NCBI GenBank assembly: GCA_963737265.1
Contig: CAVTRY010000015.1
Coordinates: 117,935-181,934 of the forward strand
Direction: 5' to 3'
DNA length: 64,000 nucleotides
Source: an uncultured delta proteobacterium
GTDB taxonomy: Bacteria; Myxococcota_A; Polyangia; Fen-1088
Part shown: positions 1 to 10,400 of the stretch, one piece after another
Numbering within the stretch: the first letter of the stretch is position 1
Layout: the number at the start of each line of letters is the position of its first letter
The notes under the pieces: model-generated
Database searches by the model: none
Told to the model about the DNA's origin: nothing
Seen by the model: only the letters and a program-made list of their open reading frames with translations
Made by a program: the position numbers and the translations under genes

Positions 1-3
1 CGT

Positions 4-636
4 TCACGTATCCGCAGCCGTGAGCCGCCCACGCAGCTCGAGCTGTTGGCCATTGATTAGATCGGCGGGTGAGGCGTAACACGGCAACTCAGGGGCCAGC
101 GGAAAACCAGCCTTTCGGTAAGCCTCGGCCACCAGCTCCGAACAGAACCAGCGCTCGGGTTGCCTGAACGGCCGCCGCAAGCAAAAAATCACGGCAAGGG
201 CAAACCGCACCAGACCAATCATGTCGTACGGGAGCGACAGTTGTTGGAATCCAAAGTCAATCGCCGTCTCGCGGGCCGGTTCGGATGCCGCCAGACCGCA
301 GTAGAAGATGCCGTCCGGGTAGTGATCGAGCAGCCGCGATACAGGAGCCAGCCGCACCCCCTTGCCCACGGCCTCAAGACAGTAGACACGGTCGTGATAG
401 CGATACAGGATTCCCGCGTGCGAGTACTCGCTGTGCGTGAAATTCCGGATGAGCCAGCTCAACAGACCGCAGCCGCAAAACAAAAGCACGTCCCCGCTGC
501 GCATCGAGGCGCGGATTCCTTTCGCCTGTCCCGCGAAGTGCTCAAGGGGCTTCTCACCCGCGCTCGCGATGAGCGCACGTGCCTGCTTCCCAGCCTCGCG
601 TCGAAGCCTTCGACGTTCCCTGAGTCCACCTTGCAT
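4..636 (-). CDS. Permuted papain-like (NlpC/P60, YiiX/YebB-like, C92) cysteine hydrolase
   Basis: Motifs SGDVLLF, YSHAGI (His precedes Cys) and FCSELVAEAY, the circularly permuted NlpC/P60 order. Confidence 0.8.
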   Translation of the reverse strand: MQGGLRERRRLRREAGKQARALIASAGEKPLEHFAGQAKGIRASMRSGDVLLFCGCGLLSWLIRNFTHSEYSHAGILYRYHDRVYCLEAVGKGVRLAPVSRLLDHYPDGIFYCGLAASEPARETAIDFGFQQLSLPYDMIGLVRFALAVIFCLRRPFRQPERWFCSELVAEAYRKAGFPLAPELPCYASPADLINGQQLELRGRLTAADT

Positions 637-810
637 GCGCGAAACCTACCGCTGTCCTGGCCCGGTGTGAAGCCCCTTCATTTTCCACCCGTGGTGTCCG
701 GAAAGTTATCGCTGAACCCCGCGCCATGGACATCATGACGCGACAACAAGGCCGTTGGGCGCGGAGAGCCATTAGCGAATGGCGAAGAGTAGCGGCATGG
801 TCAGGAACCG

Positions 811-1017
811 TCAGCCGGCGAGTAGCAGGCGCCGCGGCTCGGGTTTCGCGTCGGAGGTGTGGGCCGCGGTCAGAAGCCCGAGCGCGGCGTCGAAGTGGTG
901 GCGCGTGATGGCGACGCCATCGTTCGCTTCGCCAGTGCCAACAGCGTCCTTGACGCAACACATGGCGGCTCGCTGGCAGAAATACGCGATGTCCGCGCCG
1001 GTCATGCCCTGGACCAT
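811..1017 (-). pseudogene. C-terminal lid fragment of a CDC48/FtsH-type AAA+ ATPase
   Basis: GMTGADIAYFCQRAAM...ITRHHFDAAL matches the AAA lid pattern; in-frame stop 4 codons upstream and no Walker motifs. Confidence 0.55.
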
Positions 1018-1275
1018 CTGGCCTCGGATTCAGACTACCAGCACCGGTTTTGCAAAAATTTCTCTTGCAATTCTCTCGGTTTCGATCCACGAAGCCCTGC
1101 TGCCGGTCTGTCGGTCTATGAGAGTGGTTTGCTCTTCCTGAACGGCGGGGCCGCGGCACCGAAGGTCGGCGAAGCTGCCGACGATGGAAGAATCTATTCG
1201 GTGGTCGAGCCCTTGGAGAAGGGCATCGTCTTCTACGAGACGAACTAGCGAGGTGTCCCTCCACCCACGCGCAGC

Positions 1276-2445
1276 CTAGCTAACAAAGGCGCGCGGTAAC
1301 GCCAGGGCATACTCGATCGCGGGGGGAATCTTCTCGGGGGGAAGGCCGCGCCAGTAGACGTGCCAGTCGGGGAAGCGAACCAGACCGTCGCATTGTTTGG
1401 CGTACCAGGGGACGATGGGGTTGGTCGGGCGGGCGCGCCAGAAGAAGACGGGGAAGTCGCGCTCGATCATCGACCAGAGCTCTCCGCCGATGCCTTCGCC
1501 TTGCGCCGGGCGCTCGACGGCGAACTTGCTCAAATAGGGCGCGACGTCGGTGTTGGCGAGCAGGGCGGCGCCGCGGTAGTTCTCTTCCAGGTAGACGTGC
1601 TCGGCCTGGGCCGCGACCAGGCCGCCGTCCTCCAAGGCGCCCGGCATGAGCGCGCGGCCGAAGGCAGATTCGAGCAGGTCGTTCAGGCGCTTGCGGTCGA
1701 CCGCGCCGAGGCCGCCGAGCTTGTCGATGCGCGATCCCTTGCGAATGAGCGTGCCGGCGCCGTTCACGGTGAAGAGCTCGCGCAGCAGATGCAGCGGGTT
1801 GGCCACGGCCACGCTCATGCGTTGGGGCACTTGATCGAGCAACGTCTTCACGTGGCGCAGGAGCGAAGCATGGCGGCGGGGCAGGTCGCTGGTGGCGAGC
1901 AAGCGCTCGTAGTCAGTGGTCAAGTTCACCAGCGAGATGCGCGGCGCCCCTTCGCGTTCGATGCCCGAGCTGGTGGAAAGAAAAATCACCTTGCGGGTTT
2001 CGAGGCTGGTGGCGAGCGAGCGCAGCAGGCGAAAGCGGTCGTCGATGGCCAGCTCCTTGGCGGCGTCGAGCGACACGATGGGAATAGTGTTTTCCTCCAG
2101 CGTCTGGCGCACGCTGGTTTGGATTTCTTGCGGCAGATCCGTTCCCGAACCAATGACCTTGGCGGGGACTTGGTCTTCGAGCAGCCATTCCAGGATGTGC
2201 TGCGACTGCTTGTCGGCGTCGCGCGCGTCGAGCAGACCGACCAGGACCACGGGGTAGAGGCCAAGCCCGGCCAGGATGCGCAGGTCGAAGTGAAAGGGAT
2301 CGAGCGCGGCGCGGACGATTTGCGCGTCGGCCACGATGATGGCGAAGCTCTCCTTGCGCTGCGAGCGGAAGAGCTTGAGGTAGAGATCGACGTCGGCTTT
2401 CTGGCCGACGCTTTCGAGGAAGCGTTGGAGGATTTCGGGATCCAT
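1276..2445 (-). CDS. argA: N-acetylglutamate synthase of the NAGS/K (Xanthomonas/vertebrate-like) type: AAK-like domain plus DUF619 NAT domain
   Basis: LLRELFTVNGAGTLI, YLSKFAV...AQGEGIG, FWRARPTNPIVPWY motifs; TGATG coupling to upstream argE. Confidence 0.75.
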   Translation of the reverse strand: MDPEILQRFLESVGQKADVDLYLKLFRSQRKESFAIIVADAQIVRAALDPFHFDLRILAGLGLYPVVLVGLLDARDADKQSQHILEWLLEDQVPAKVIGSGTDLPQEIQTSVRQTLEENTIPIVSLDAAKELAIDDRFRLLRSLATSLETRKVIFLSTSSGIEREGAPRISLVNLTTDYERLLATSDLPRRHASLLRHVKTLLDQVPQRMSVAVANPLHLLRELFTVNGAGTLIRKGSRIDKLGGLGAVDRKRLNDLLESAFGRALMPGALEDGGLVAAQAEHVYLEENYRGAALLANTDVAPYLSKFAVERPAQGEGIGGELWSMIERDFPVFFWRARPTNPIVPWYAKQCDGLVRFPDWHVYWRGLPPEKIPPAIEYALALPRAFVS

Positions 2446-3554
2446 CAGGTCATTACCTGAAGAAACATTCGCACAGCATCCTCGAGCTCGTCGAGATCAA
2501 CATATTCGTCCGCCTTGTGGGCCTGTTCGATGTGGCCGGGACCGAATACCACGGCGTCGATGCCGTTTTCCACGAACTGGCCGGCCTCGGTGCCGAAGGG
2601 AAGATCGACGGTGGTCTGCGCGCGTTCGCCCAGCAGCGAGACGAAAGGCGAAATGTCGCGGGTTTCAAAGGCAGGATTGAAGGCGATGGTCTCCCACTCG
2701 GTGGCCAGCGGCGCCGCCGCCCCGCGAACCACCTCTTCCGCGCGCGATAGAATCGCGCGGTGGTCGACGCCGGGCGCGGGACGGATGGAAAAAGTCAGTG
2801 TGGCCCGCGCGGGAATGATGTTGAAGGCCATGCCGCCGTCGAGCGCGGCCACGTTCATGCAAAGCCCGCGCAAGCCCTCGGGACCGAGCTCGCGCAGTAG
2901 GCCTCCCAATTCGTCGAGGGCAACCGCCGCGCGCGCCAGAGCCGCGAGTGGATTGGGCACGCTGTCGGCAAGCGACGAATGTCCGCCGGGGGCGCTCGCG
3001 CTGATGCGTGCGGCGTTGACGCCGCGATGGCGGACGCCGACGTGGCAGCCGGTGGGCTCGCACACTATGGCGCGCGCGAGCCCGCGGGTTCGCGCGCTGG
3101 CCAGGAAATCGCGGATGCACGCGCCGCCGAGCTCTTCGTCGCCCGAGAACAACACGGCGAGATTGGGCGGCGTCTGTCCTGCGGCTTTCCGCCGCGCGAG
3201 CGCCTCGATGATGGCCGCGATGGCGCCCTTGGTGTCGGCGCTGCCGAGACCGTGCAGCCGTCGGCCGCGTCGGACGAGCGTGAGCGGATCGGTGCTGTAG
3301 CCGGCGTTGACGGGCACGGTGTCGATGTGGGCGTTCAGGAGTAGGGCCGGCGCGTCGGTCGCGAACCGCGCGAACGTGGACCAGTGTCCGGCCGCGGAAA
3401 ATGTCTCGACCGAGCGGGCGCCGACGCGGGCCAGCTCGCGCGCAAGCTCTTCCGCCAGCGGGCGTTCGTTTCCGCTCGGGTTGCGCGTGTCGAAGGCAAC
3501 CAGCTCGGCCAGACGTCGTTCAACGCGGTCGCTGTCGTGCATGCGCAATTGCAT
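2445..3554 (-). CDS. argE: Acetylornithine deacetylase (M20 family)
   Basis: NAHIDTVP, GLGSADTKG, GDEE, CEPT, GTEA, GPGHIEQAHKADEY; operon with the NAGS gene. Confidence 0.85.
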   Translation of the reverse strand: MQLRMHDSDRVERRLAELVAFDTRNPSGNERPLAEELARELARVGARSVETFSAAGHWSTFARFATDAPALLLNAHIDTVPVNAGYSTDPLTLVRRGRRLHGLGSADTKGAIAAIIEALARRKAAGQTPPNLAVLFSGDEELGGACIRDFLASARTRGLARAIVCEPTGCHVGVRHRGVNAARISASAPGGHSSLADSVPNPLAALARAAVALDELGGLLRELGPEGLRGLCMNVAALDGGMAFNIIPARATLTFSIRPAPGVDHRAILSRAEEVVRGAAAPLATEWETIAFNPAFETRDISPFVSLLGERAQTTVDLPFGTEAGQFVENGIDAVVFGPGHIEQAHKADEYVDLDELEDAVRMFLQVMT

Positions 3555-3833
3555 TTACCACGGTCTTGACCACGGTGGTCGCGCGGTTCATGCTTTTCCC
3601 TGGGCCTTCTGCACGGTTCGACACCCGGACGAAGTTTCTTTTCCCTACAAGCAAAAAATTGGGAGCCGCCTCCGACCGATGGAATGAGCACGCCCGCTAG
3701 AGTCGGGAAGCCCGATGCGGTCAATCAAGTGGTTCCCCCCTACCATGGTAGGGGTCAGGACTCATCCGAACGGCCGAGGCGGAAGGTCCGCTATTCATAG
3801 CGCGTGCTTCGCCCGCAACCCAGCCGCTGACAT

Positions 3834-5015
3834 CTAGAAGGCCGGTTGATAGAAGGCGGAGGCGGGGCGCGCGAAGAGGAAGCCCTGGAAGAGATCGCAG
3901 CCGAGCTCGCAAAGGACGTCGCGCTCGGCGACGGTTTCCACACCCTCGGCCACCAGAAGCATTTCCATTTCGCGACACAGGGAGGTCACCGACGCGACCA
4001 GGCGGCGCTTGACCGCGCTGCCCTCGATGCCGCGCACGAGGTTCATGTCGAGCTTCACGATGTCGGGATCGAGGATGGCGAAGCTGGTGAGGCCTGCATA
4101 GCCCGCGCCGAGATCGTCGACGGCAATGCGGAAGCCGAACTGGCGCAGCTCCGCCACGCGCTCGCGCACCTCCTCCAGGCTGGACAGCGGCGCGCGTTCG
4201 GTGATTTCGAGCACCACCCGATCGGCCATGGCCATGAGGGGCGAGTCAGGATCGGTGAGCTCGGGATCGAGCAAATCGTAGGGATGCAGGTTGACGAAGA
4301 GCAACCATTCCTGGTTCATAAGAATGCGCCGATGAGCGGCGAAGGCGCGTACCGCACGGCCCAGCTTGCGGGTGGCACCCAAACGCTCGGCCGCGTCGAT
4401 CATGTCGGTTGGGTTGGGAAGCGTGGGCTCGGAGCTGCGCAGCAATGCCTCGTAGCCCAAGATGGACTTCGCGGACAGCGAGACGATGGGCTGGAATGCC
4501 ATGCCAAACGAAGCGAGCGCCCGCGCAAAGCTGGCCTCGAGCCCGGCTCGGTCCGAAGGCCCCGGGATACCGCCAATGCTGAGTGCCTCGCGTTTGAGAC
4601 GCGCCAAGCGGTAAAGCTGCGTGGCCTGAACAACCGTTTCGCGCAGTCCATTGAGCTCGAAGGGTTTGGTCAGATAGCGAAACACTCCGTATTCGATGGC
4701 CTCGGCCGCGCCTTCCCAAGACGGCTGCCCGGTGACGAGCAGGACGGGAAGATCGGCGTCGTACTCGCGGATCGCGCGCAAAAGCTCGAGCCCCGTCATA
4801 CCCGGCATGTTGATGTCGCTGATCACCGCCGCGAATCCGCCCTGCTGGATCTCCGCCACGGCCTCCGCGCCGCTGGAACAGGCGATAACATCGAACGACT
4901 CTCCGAGCACGCGGGCGAGCAAGCCCAAAACGACGGGCTCGTCGTCCACCACCAAAATTGCCGTCCGCCGTCCCGCTTCCCCGAGTGCGCCGACCACATC
5001 GATTTTCTGACCCAT
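3834..5015 (-). CDS. Response regulator receiver plus EAL c-di-GMP phosphodiesterase
   Basis: REC motifs VVDDE, SDINMPG, LTKPF; EAL motifs GYEALLR, FVNL, EITE, DDLGAGY, KLD, AEGVET intact. Start taken at MGQKID. Confidence 0.9.
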   Translation of the reverse strand: MGQKIDVVGALGEAGRRTAILVVDDEPVVLGLLARVLGESFDVIACSSGAEAVAEIQQGGFAAVISDINMPGMTGLELLRAIREYDADLPVLLVTGQPSWEGAAEAIEYGVFRYLTKPFELNGLRETVVQATQLYRLARLKREALSIGGIPGPSDRAGLEASFARALASFGMAFQPIVSLSAKSILGYEALLRSSEPTLPNPTDMIDAAERLGATRKLGRAVRAFAAHRRILMNQEWLLFVNLHPYDLLDPELTDPDSPLMAMADRVVLEITERAPLSSLEEVRERVAELRQFGFRIAVDDLGAGYAGLTSFAILDPDIVKLDMNLVRGIEGSAVKRRLVASVTSLCREMEMLLVAEGVETVAERDVLCELGCDLFQGFLFARPASAFYQPAF

Positions 5016-5189
5016 GCATTCACCCAGACAGGACCGCGCCCGTTTCTTTTCGATGGTTAAGTGTGTGCATGGATCGGCGACATCGCCAGCGGCAAGAGCG
5101 ATGCGACTGCGCGTCACGCCCAATCGGTGACGCGGCCGCGAGTCGATTTTTTTGAGGGCTCGCAGTACATCCGGGGATCGCGATGTGCC

Positions 5190-5380
5190 CAGCTTGGAAC
5201 CGACGAGGTGTGGCGATAGGCGCGCAGAAAAGATTCCTGCGCCAAATCCTCGGCCGTCGGGCCGGCGAAGCCCAGCAGTCCCAGGAAACGAAACACCGGG
5301 CGTTCGTGCCGCAGGACCAGAAGGCGAAAGGCATCGCGATTTCCCGCAAGCGTCTGGCGTATGAGGAAGGCGTCATCCAT
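5190..5380 (-). pseudogene. Truncated ECF sigma factor (region 2 only)
   Basis: MDDAFLIRQTLAGNRDAFRLLVLRHERPVFRFL...AEDLAQESFLRAYR, then similarity is lost; no region 4. Confidence 0.7.
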
Positions 5381-5495
5381 CGCAGTCTGTCTTGTTATAC
5401 CGGCCAGCACGCGAAAGGTTCCCCAAGCGGTCGCACAGGCGAGCAGTTCGGTTCTCGCCTTGCCCGTGCTAGGACTGGCCTGTCTGGGATTCCCC

Positions 5496-5978
5496 ATGCG
5501 CAAGATTCGAGTCTCCTCGGTGCTGCCGGTCTCGTATCGCAACGAGCTGGAGCGAATTGTGTTCTTCAACCAGGAGCAGAATCTGGTCGCCGCGCCGCTG
5601 GTCGATTCCGTTCACCGCTACGGCGTGCCGACGATTGTCGGCGAGAACGGCTGCCTGCGCTTCCGCGTGAGCGCCTTTGGCCGACTGCAGAGCCTCTACG
5701 CGTTCGACGACATGACCGCGCCGGCGCGACTCGTCGGCGTGGCCATGTTCGTCCGGGATGCGCCCCCGAGCATCGTCGTTCTCCACCTGGCGGCCCATGA
5801 AGACTACACCGCCCGCGGCAAATGGGCGCACGCATCGGTGGTGGTCCAACTCCTCGCCGCGATTCGCAGCGCCTGCCTGTGTACGCGCGGAATCGAGACT
5901 CTCACAGTCCTTTATCCGCACGAGATCAGGTTGCGACTACGGTCGACGGTTCCCGCGTCCGCTGCCGTCGGCGGATGA
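5496..5978 (+). CDS. Hypothetical protein, possibly GNAT-like fold
   Basis: Clean ORF with typical codon bias; LVGVAMFVR...IVVLHLAAHEDY resembles GNAT beta-strands. Confidence 0.5.
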   Translation: MRKIRVSSVLPVSYRNELERIVFFNQEQNLVAAPLVDSVHRYGVPTIVGENGCLRFRVSAFGRLQSLYAFDDMTAPARLVGVAMFVRDAPPSIVVLHLAAHEDYTARGKWAHASVVVQLLAAIRSACLCTRGIETLTVLYPHEIRLRLRSTVPASAAVGG

Positions 5979-5996
5979 ACGAAACAGCAACTTTTC

Positions 5997-6047
5997 TTGA
6001 CACGTGACAGATGTTCCGTACCATACGTATGTTCAGTAACTGAGCAT
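5997..6047 (+). promoter_or_regulatory. lexA sigma70 promoter with overlapping SOS box
   Basis: TTGACA (5997-6002)-N16-TACCAT (6019-6024). CCATACGTATGTTCAGT (6021-6037) matches 14/17 of the Myxococcus LexA consensus CTRHAMRYBYGTTCAGS, followed by an inverted half-site CTGAGC. Confidence 0.65.
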
Positions 6048-6057
6048 AGGAGCAGGC

Positions 6058-6708
6058 ATGGGCCAGTTGACCATCGTGCGTGACGAAGAATCAGCCAGCG
6101 AGCTCACGGACAGGCAGCGTGAGGTGCTGGACTTCATCAGCGAATCCATCAAAATGAGTGGCTACCCGCCAACCCTGCGCGAGATCGGCAGCCATTTCGG
6201 CATTCGATCGACCAACGGGGTGAACGATCACCTGCGCGCGCTGGAAAAGAAGGGCTACCTGCATCGCGAGGACCTAAAGTCGCGCGCCCTGCGCCCGCTG
6301 TTCACCGAGGACAATGTGGTCGAGGTGCCGGTGCTTGGGCGGGTTGCGGCAGGGCAGCCCATGCTGGCCGTGCCCAACTACGAGGACACGGTCAAGATCG
6401 ATCGTTTCTTCATCGGCCAGAACCGCGAGGTGTTTGCGCTGCGGGTGAAGGGCGAATCGATGATCGAGGCTGGCATCTTTGACGGCGACTATGTTTTCGT
6501 TCGCAAGCAGCTGAAGGCGGCGTCGGGCGAGGTGGTGGTGGCCATGATCGAGGACGAAGCCACGGTCAAGCGCTACTACCCGGAAGGCGACACCATCCGC
6601 TTTCAGCCCGCCAACGCCGCCATGAAACCCATCCTGGTGCGCAAGCGCGATTTCCGTAGTGTGGATTTGCTAGGCGTCGTCATCGGCGTCTATCGCAAGC
6701 TCGGGTAG
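6058..6708 (+). CDS. lexA: SOS transcriptional repressor LexA
   Basis: LTDRQREVL...[10 protein letters not shown] wHTH, VAAG cleavage site, GESM and TVKR Ser-Lys dyad. Confidence 0.97.
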   Translation: MGQLTIVRDEESASELTDRQREVLDFISESIKMSGYPPTLREIGSHFGIRSTNGVNDHLRALEKKGYLHREDLKSRALRPLFTEDNVVEVPVLGRVAAGQPMLAVPNYEDTVKIDRFFIGQNREVFALRVKGESMIEAGIFDGDYVFVRKQLKAASGEVVVAMIEDEATVKRYYPEGDTIRFQPANAAMKPILVRKRDFRSVDLLGVVIGVYRKLG

Positions 6709-7455
6709 CGGGCGCGCCGAAATTTCGTCGCCGCCTGGCGTGCGCGATTCGCCCATGTGAAAGTGGCGATGGAAAACCGAGTGCCCGAGGTAGATGAGCG
6801 GCGTCAGGAGGACCGCCATGACCAGCTTGCCGACGTAGTTGTCGGCCGCGTTGGACAGAATGAACCCGAGCGGCCGGGTGCCGACCAGGAAGACGAAGCT
6901 CACCGACACGCTGTCGATGGCTTGCGAGACCACGGTCGATCCGGTCGAGCGCAACCATAGCAACTTGTGGCCAGTCAGCCGGCGCAGAACCTGGAAGATA
7001 GAAATGTCGAGCAGCTGACCAATGATGTAGGCAGTCAGGGAGGCAACATAAAGTCGGGACGAGGTCCCGAACGCGCCTCGAAAGACGGTGTCGGAGATAG
7101 GGGAATCGGCGACGGTCGGCAGGGCCAGCGCCAAGTTGATAACGGCCCACACGAAGACCGCCGCCACCAGCCCAGCATAGGTCAGGCGGCGCGCCCCCTG
7201 CGTGCCGTAGAACTCGTTGACCACGTCGGTAAGGACGAAGGTCAGCGGAAACGGAATGATGCCTGCTGAAAAGCTGCGGCCAGCGAACACGAAGAACTTA
7301 CCGCCGACAAAATCCCCGGCCACAAGGGCCGCGACGAAGAGGGCCGTGAGGAAGATGTAAACGCGTTGTTTTCGGTCCAAACCAACCTCGAAGTTGGCGT
7401 CGGGCTTCGGTTGATCCGGCGCCGTCGTCCCAACTCTGTCCCCAAATCGGGACAA
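6670..7455 (-). CDS. yhhQ: Queuosine precursor transporter (YhhQ/Vut_1); start uncertain
   Basis: [46 protein letters not shown]; 3' end overlaps convergent lexA by 39 bp. Confidence 0.85.
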   Translation of the reverse strand: MSRFGDRVGTTAPDQPKPDANFEVGLDRKQRVYIFLTALFVAALVAGDFVGGKFFVFAGRSFSAGIIPFPLTFVLTDVVNEFYGTQGARRLTYAGLVAAVFVWAVINLALALPTVADSPISDTVFRGAFGTSSRLYVASLTAYIIGQLLDISIFQVLRRLTGHKLLWLRSTGSTVVSQAIDSVSVSFVFLVGTRPLGFILSNAADNYVGKLVMAVLLTPLIYLGHSVFHRHFHMGESRTPGGDEISARPLPELAIDADDDA

Positions 7456-7468
7456 ACGCCAGCCGCTT

Positions 7469-10400
7469 TCAGGCGCCTTCGACGAGCGACCAGTATTCTT
7501 CCGAAAGCATGAACGCGACCAATTCGCACAGGGCGGGGGACGCGCGCAATTGTTCCTGCCGGCGTGCCAGCGTCGCTTCCTCGCCGGAGACTGGGCTATC
7601 CACCTTGAGCAGTCCCGCCAGCGCACGCAGGGCCGCAAGCGGCCGGCCGCACGCGAGGAGACCCACGCGATCCGCGGTGTAGCGGCATCCGCGAATGTAG
7701 TTGTCGAGCTCGGGCGGATTGGCGAGTGCGCGGCTCGCGTTTTCGATGAGCTCGTCCTTGGCCTTGTCCAAGGGAATCAGCGCCGCAATCTCCGGCTTGC
7801 GCAGGCGTTCGGTCCACAGTGCCGTCGCTTGTTCGGCGGACTCCTCGTCGATTTCAAAGGGCGCACCGGGCGCCCCTGCCACGCGAAGTACCGCGCGCAG
7901 CATGCCGCGCAGGTTGCGCTGGGACATGCGCAGCACCGCGAGCGTTCCGGCGCGCGCCTGTTCGAGGGCGCGCGCGGTGAAGAAGCGCAGGTCGGCGGCA
8001 GGCAAGGCCTCCGCCTGGCGCCCAATGCGTATGCACAGGGGTTGGGTCGCGGCGAAGGTCACGTCTGCGCCCTCGCCGTGGGCGACAAAGGGGATCGGCG
8101 GCACGGCCAACTTGGCTCGCAGATTCTCGCACAGGGCGATGGTTTCGGGCCGAAGCTCGGCGCCTGGCGCCGGTGCTACCGCCGGCTCGCCCACGTTGGC
8201 AAACGCAGGCGCGAGATCTTGCAGCACCTTGCGCAAGGGGCCGTGACAGAGCGGATGCACGGCGATTCCTGGCGCGAAAGCCTGCGCACGAGGCGCCGTC
8301 TCTTCGCCGAGAGCCGCCAAGCGGCCGTCCGCACCGATGCCCGGATCGATGAAATGCGCCAGGCTGTACGCGGCCCGGGCCAGCGAGACCTGGCCTCGTC
8401 GGTCGAGGATGCGCGCTAGCACCATGGCCTGTCCGGCGTCGCCGGGATCGTTCAGCACCCCGCGCAGGGCAGCCCCGCGCAGCTCCAGCTCGAAGTCGGG
8501 AGGCGCGGACGCCAGGACGCACTTCATGGCGGCGTCGAGCGAGTGCAGCGCACCGCGATCGACTCTCGCGATGAGCTCGCCCAAACGAATCGCCGCGAGG
8601 TCCGGGCGCAGCGGGAATCCCAGGAGCGGCGATTCCAGGGCCGTCTTGGCCAGCGCCTCGTCGTTGCGCGCGAGCAGCGCGGCCATCGCCACCAGCAACC
8701 CCATGTCCTCCTGATCGACCTTGGGTACCGGCGCCGCGTGCACGAGATCCGCCCCGACGTCGGCCAGATTTGCCAGCTCGGCTTTGGCCCAGTGATAGGA
8801 CACGAGACGCGCCAGCGTGGGGGCAGAGCTCGGATCGAGGTCGGACGCGCGCAAGTAAGCATCGTGCGCGCCTTCGGTATCGGCAAGTGTTGCGCGCAGA
8901 ATCTCGCCCTTGCGAAAGAGTGCCTCCGCCTTCCTGGCAGGGTCGCCGAGAATGCGCGACAAGCGCTCGCACGTCGCCGCGGCTTCCTTGTGCAAGCCGA
9001 GGCGTTGATAGGTCGTGATGGTCAGTTCCAGGGTCGATGCCCGATCGGGATCGCTGGCCAGCGCAAGCTCCAGATTTTGCCGCGCGGCCGGCAGGTCGCC
9101 GAGCCCGAGATACACTTGCCCCAAGCGCTGGCGGGCGAGGGTGAGCCCCTCGACCGACTCCTTGGGTAGATGACGCATGGCTTCTTGCAGGTGGAGCGCT
9201 GCCTCGGCGAAATCGCCGCGCGCAAGCGCGAATCCCGCCAATGCCTCGCGCGCACCCTCGTTGTGCGGATCCAAGGCCACGGCTTCCCGATACGCGGCTT
9301 CCGCCTCGCTGTGATCCCCGAACATCTCGGCCAGCTCCGCCCGACGGGAGGCGAGTGTCTCGGCCGAGACGACGGCGGCGGCGCCCGGCACCGCTGCCAA
9401 TCGGTTGTAGGTCGTGCGTGCCTTGTCCCATTCCTGCGAGCGGTAGGCCAATTCCCCCACCAACGCGAGCGCGCCCGCCGAATCTGGATTTAGGCCAAGA
9501 GCTTCCTCCAACTCGGCCTCGGCCTCGGCGATTTCCCCGCGCGCGACCAGCAAGCGCACATGCGCCACGAGCCACGCCACACGCGAATCCGGCGAGCGGT
9601 CGAGCGCCGCGGCCGCGACCAACCTTTGCTCCGCGTTGTGCAGATCGCCCGCGCTTTCCGCCGCTTCCGCAAGCGCCACCTGCAAGCGTGCGCGGTAGAG
9701 ATCGGGCAGGGTCGGCGCCTTGGCGAGCAAGTCCCGCCACGCGCGATTGCGTGCCGCCAGGTCATCGAGGCGACCGTAGGCGTCGAAGAGGGCCTTGGCC
9801 ACGAGCAGGTTGTCGGGCACTTCGGCGCGTAGTTTTTCCAGAGCCGAGATGGCGACCTCCGTCGCCGTTTCGGTCTGCGATGCTAGATCTACCAGCCGGC
9901 GGGTTAGGCCGGACTGGTCTTCGTCCGCAGCGCGCAGGCGCTGGTGGCCCAAGCACGCGAGGGCGTCGGCCACATCCCCGGCTCTCTCGGCCAGATCCGC
10001 GCGCAGCGTGAGGACGTCTTCGTCGAGCTTGTCGCCGGCGATGGCTTGCAGCAACGACAGGGCCGGTCGCAGCCCTTGCGGCTGTGCCAGGCAAAGACGC
10101 GACCGTGCCAGCAACAGCGCGGAAATTCCCTGTTCGGGTGTGACGGCAAGGCGCTCGGCGAAAACCTTGCTTGCTTCGTCGAAGGCGTTGCGTTCGACCA
10201 GCAGCGCGTGGAGCGCATCGAGAACCGCCGGCGCGGTCGGTGCCAGCGGCGCGATCTCGGCGAGGCGGCGCAGAATCGATTCCGCGCCCGACTTGCCGGC
10301 GGGGTCGCGCGCCAGCAGCGTCGCAAGATCGCTGCCCACCGCCACGCGATCGATGGGCCTTGCCGACGGATCCTGGCTTTCCACCGCCGCCCACAGCTTG

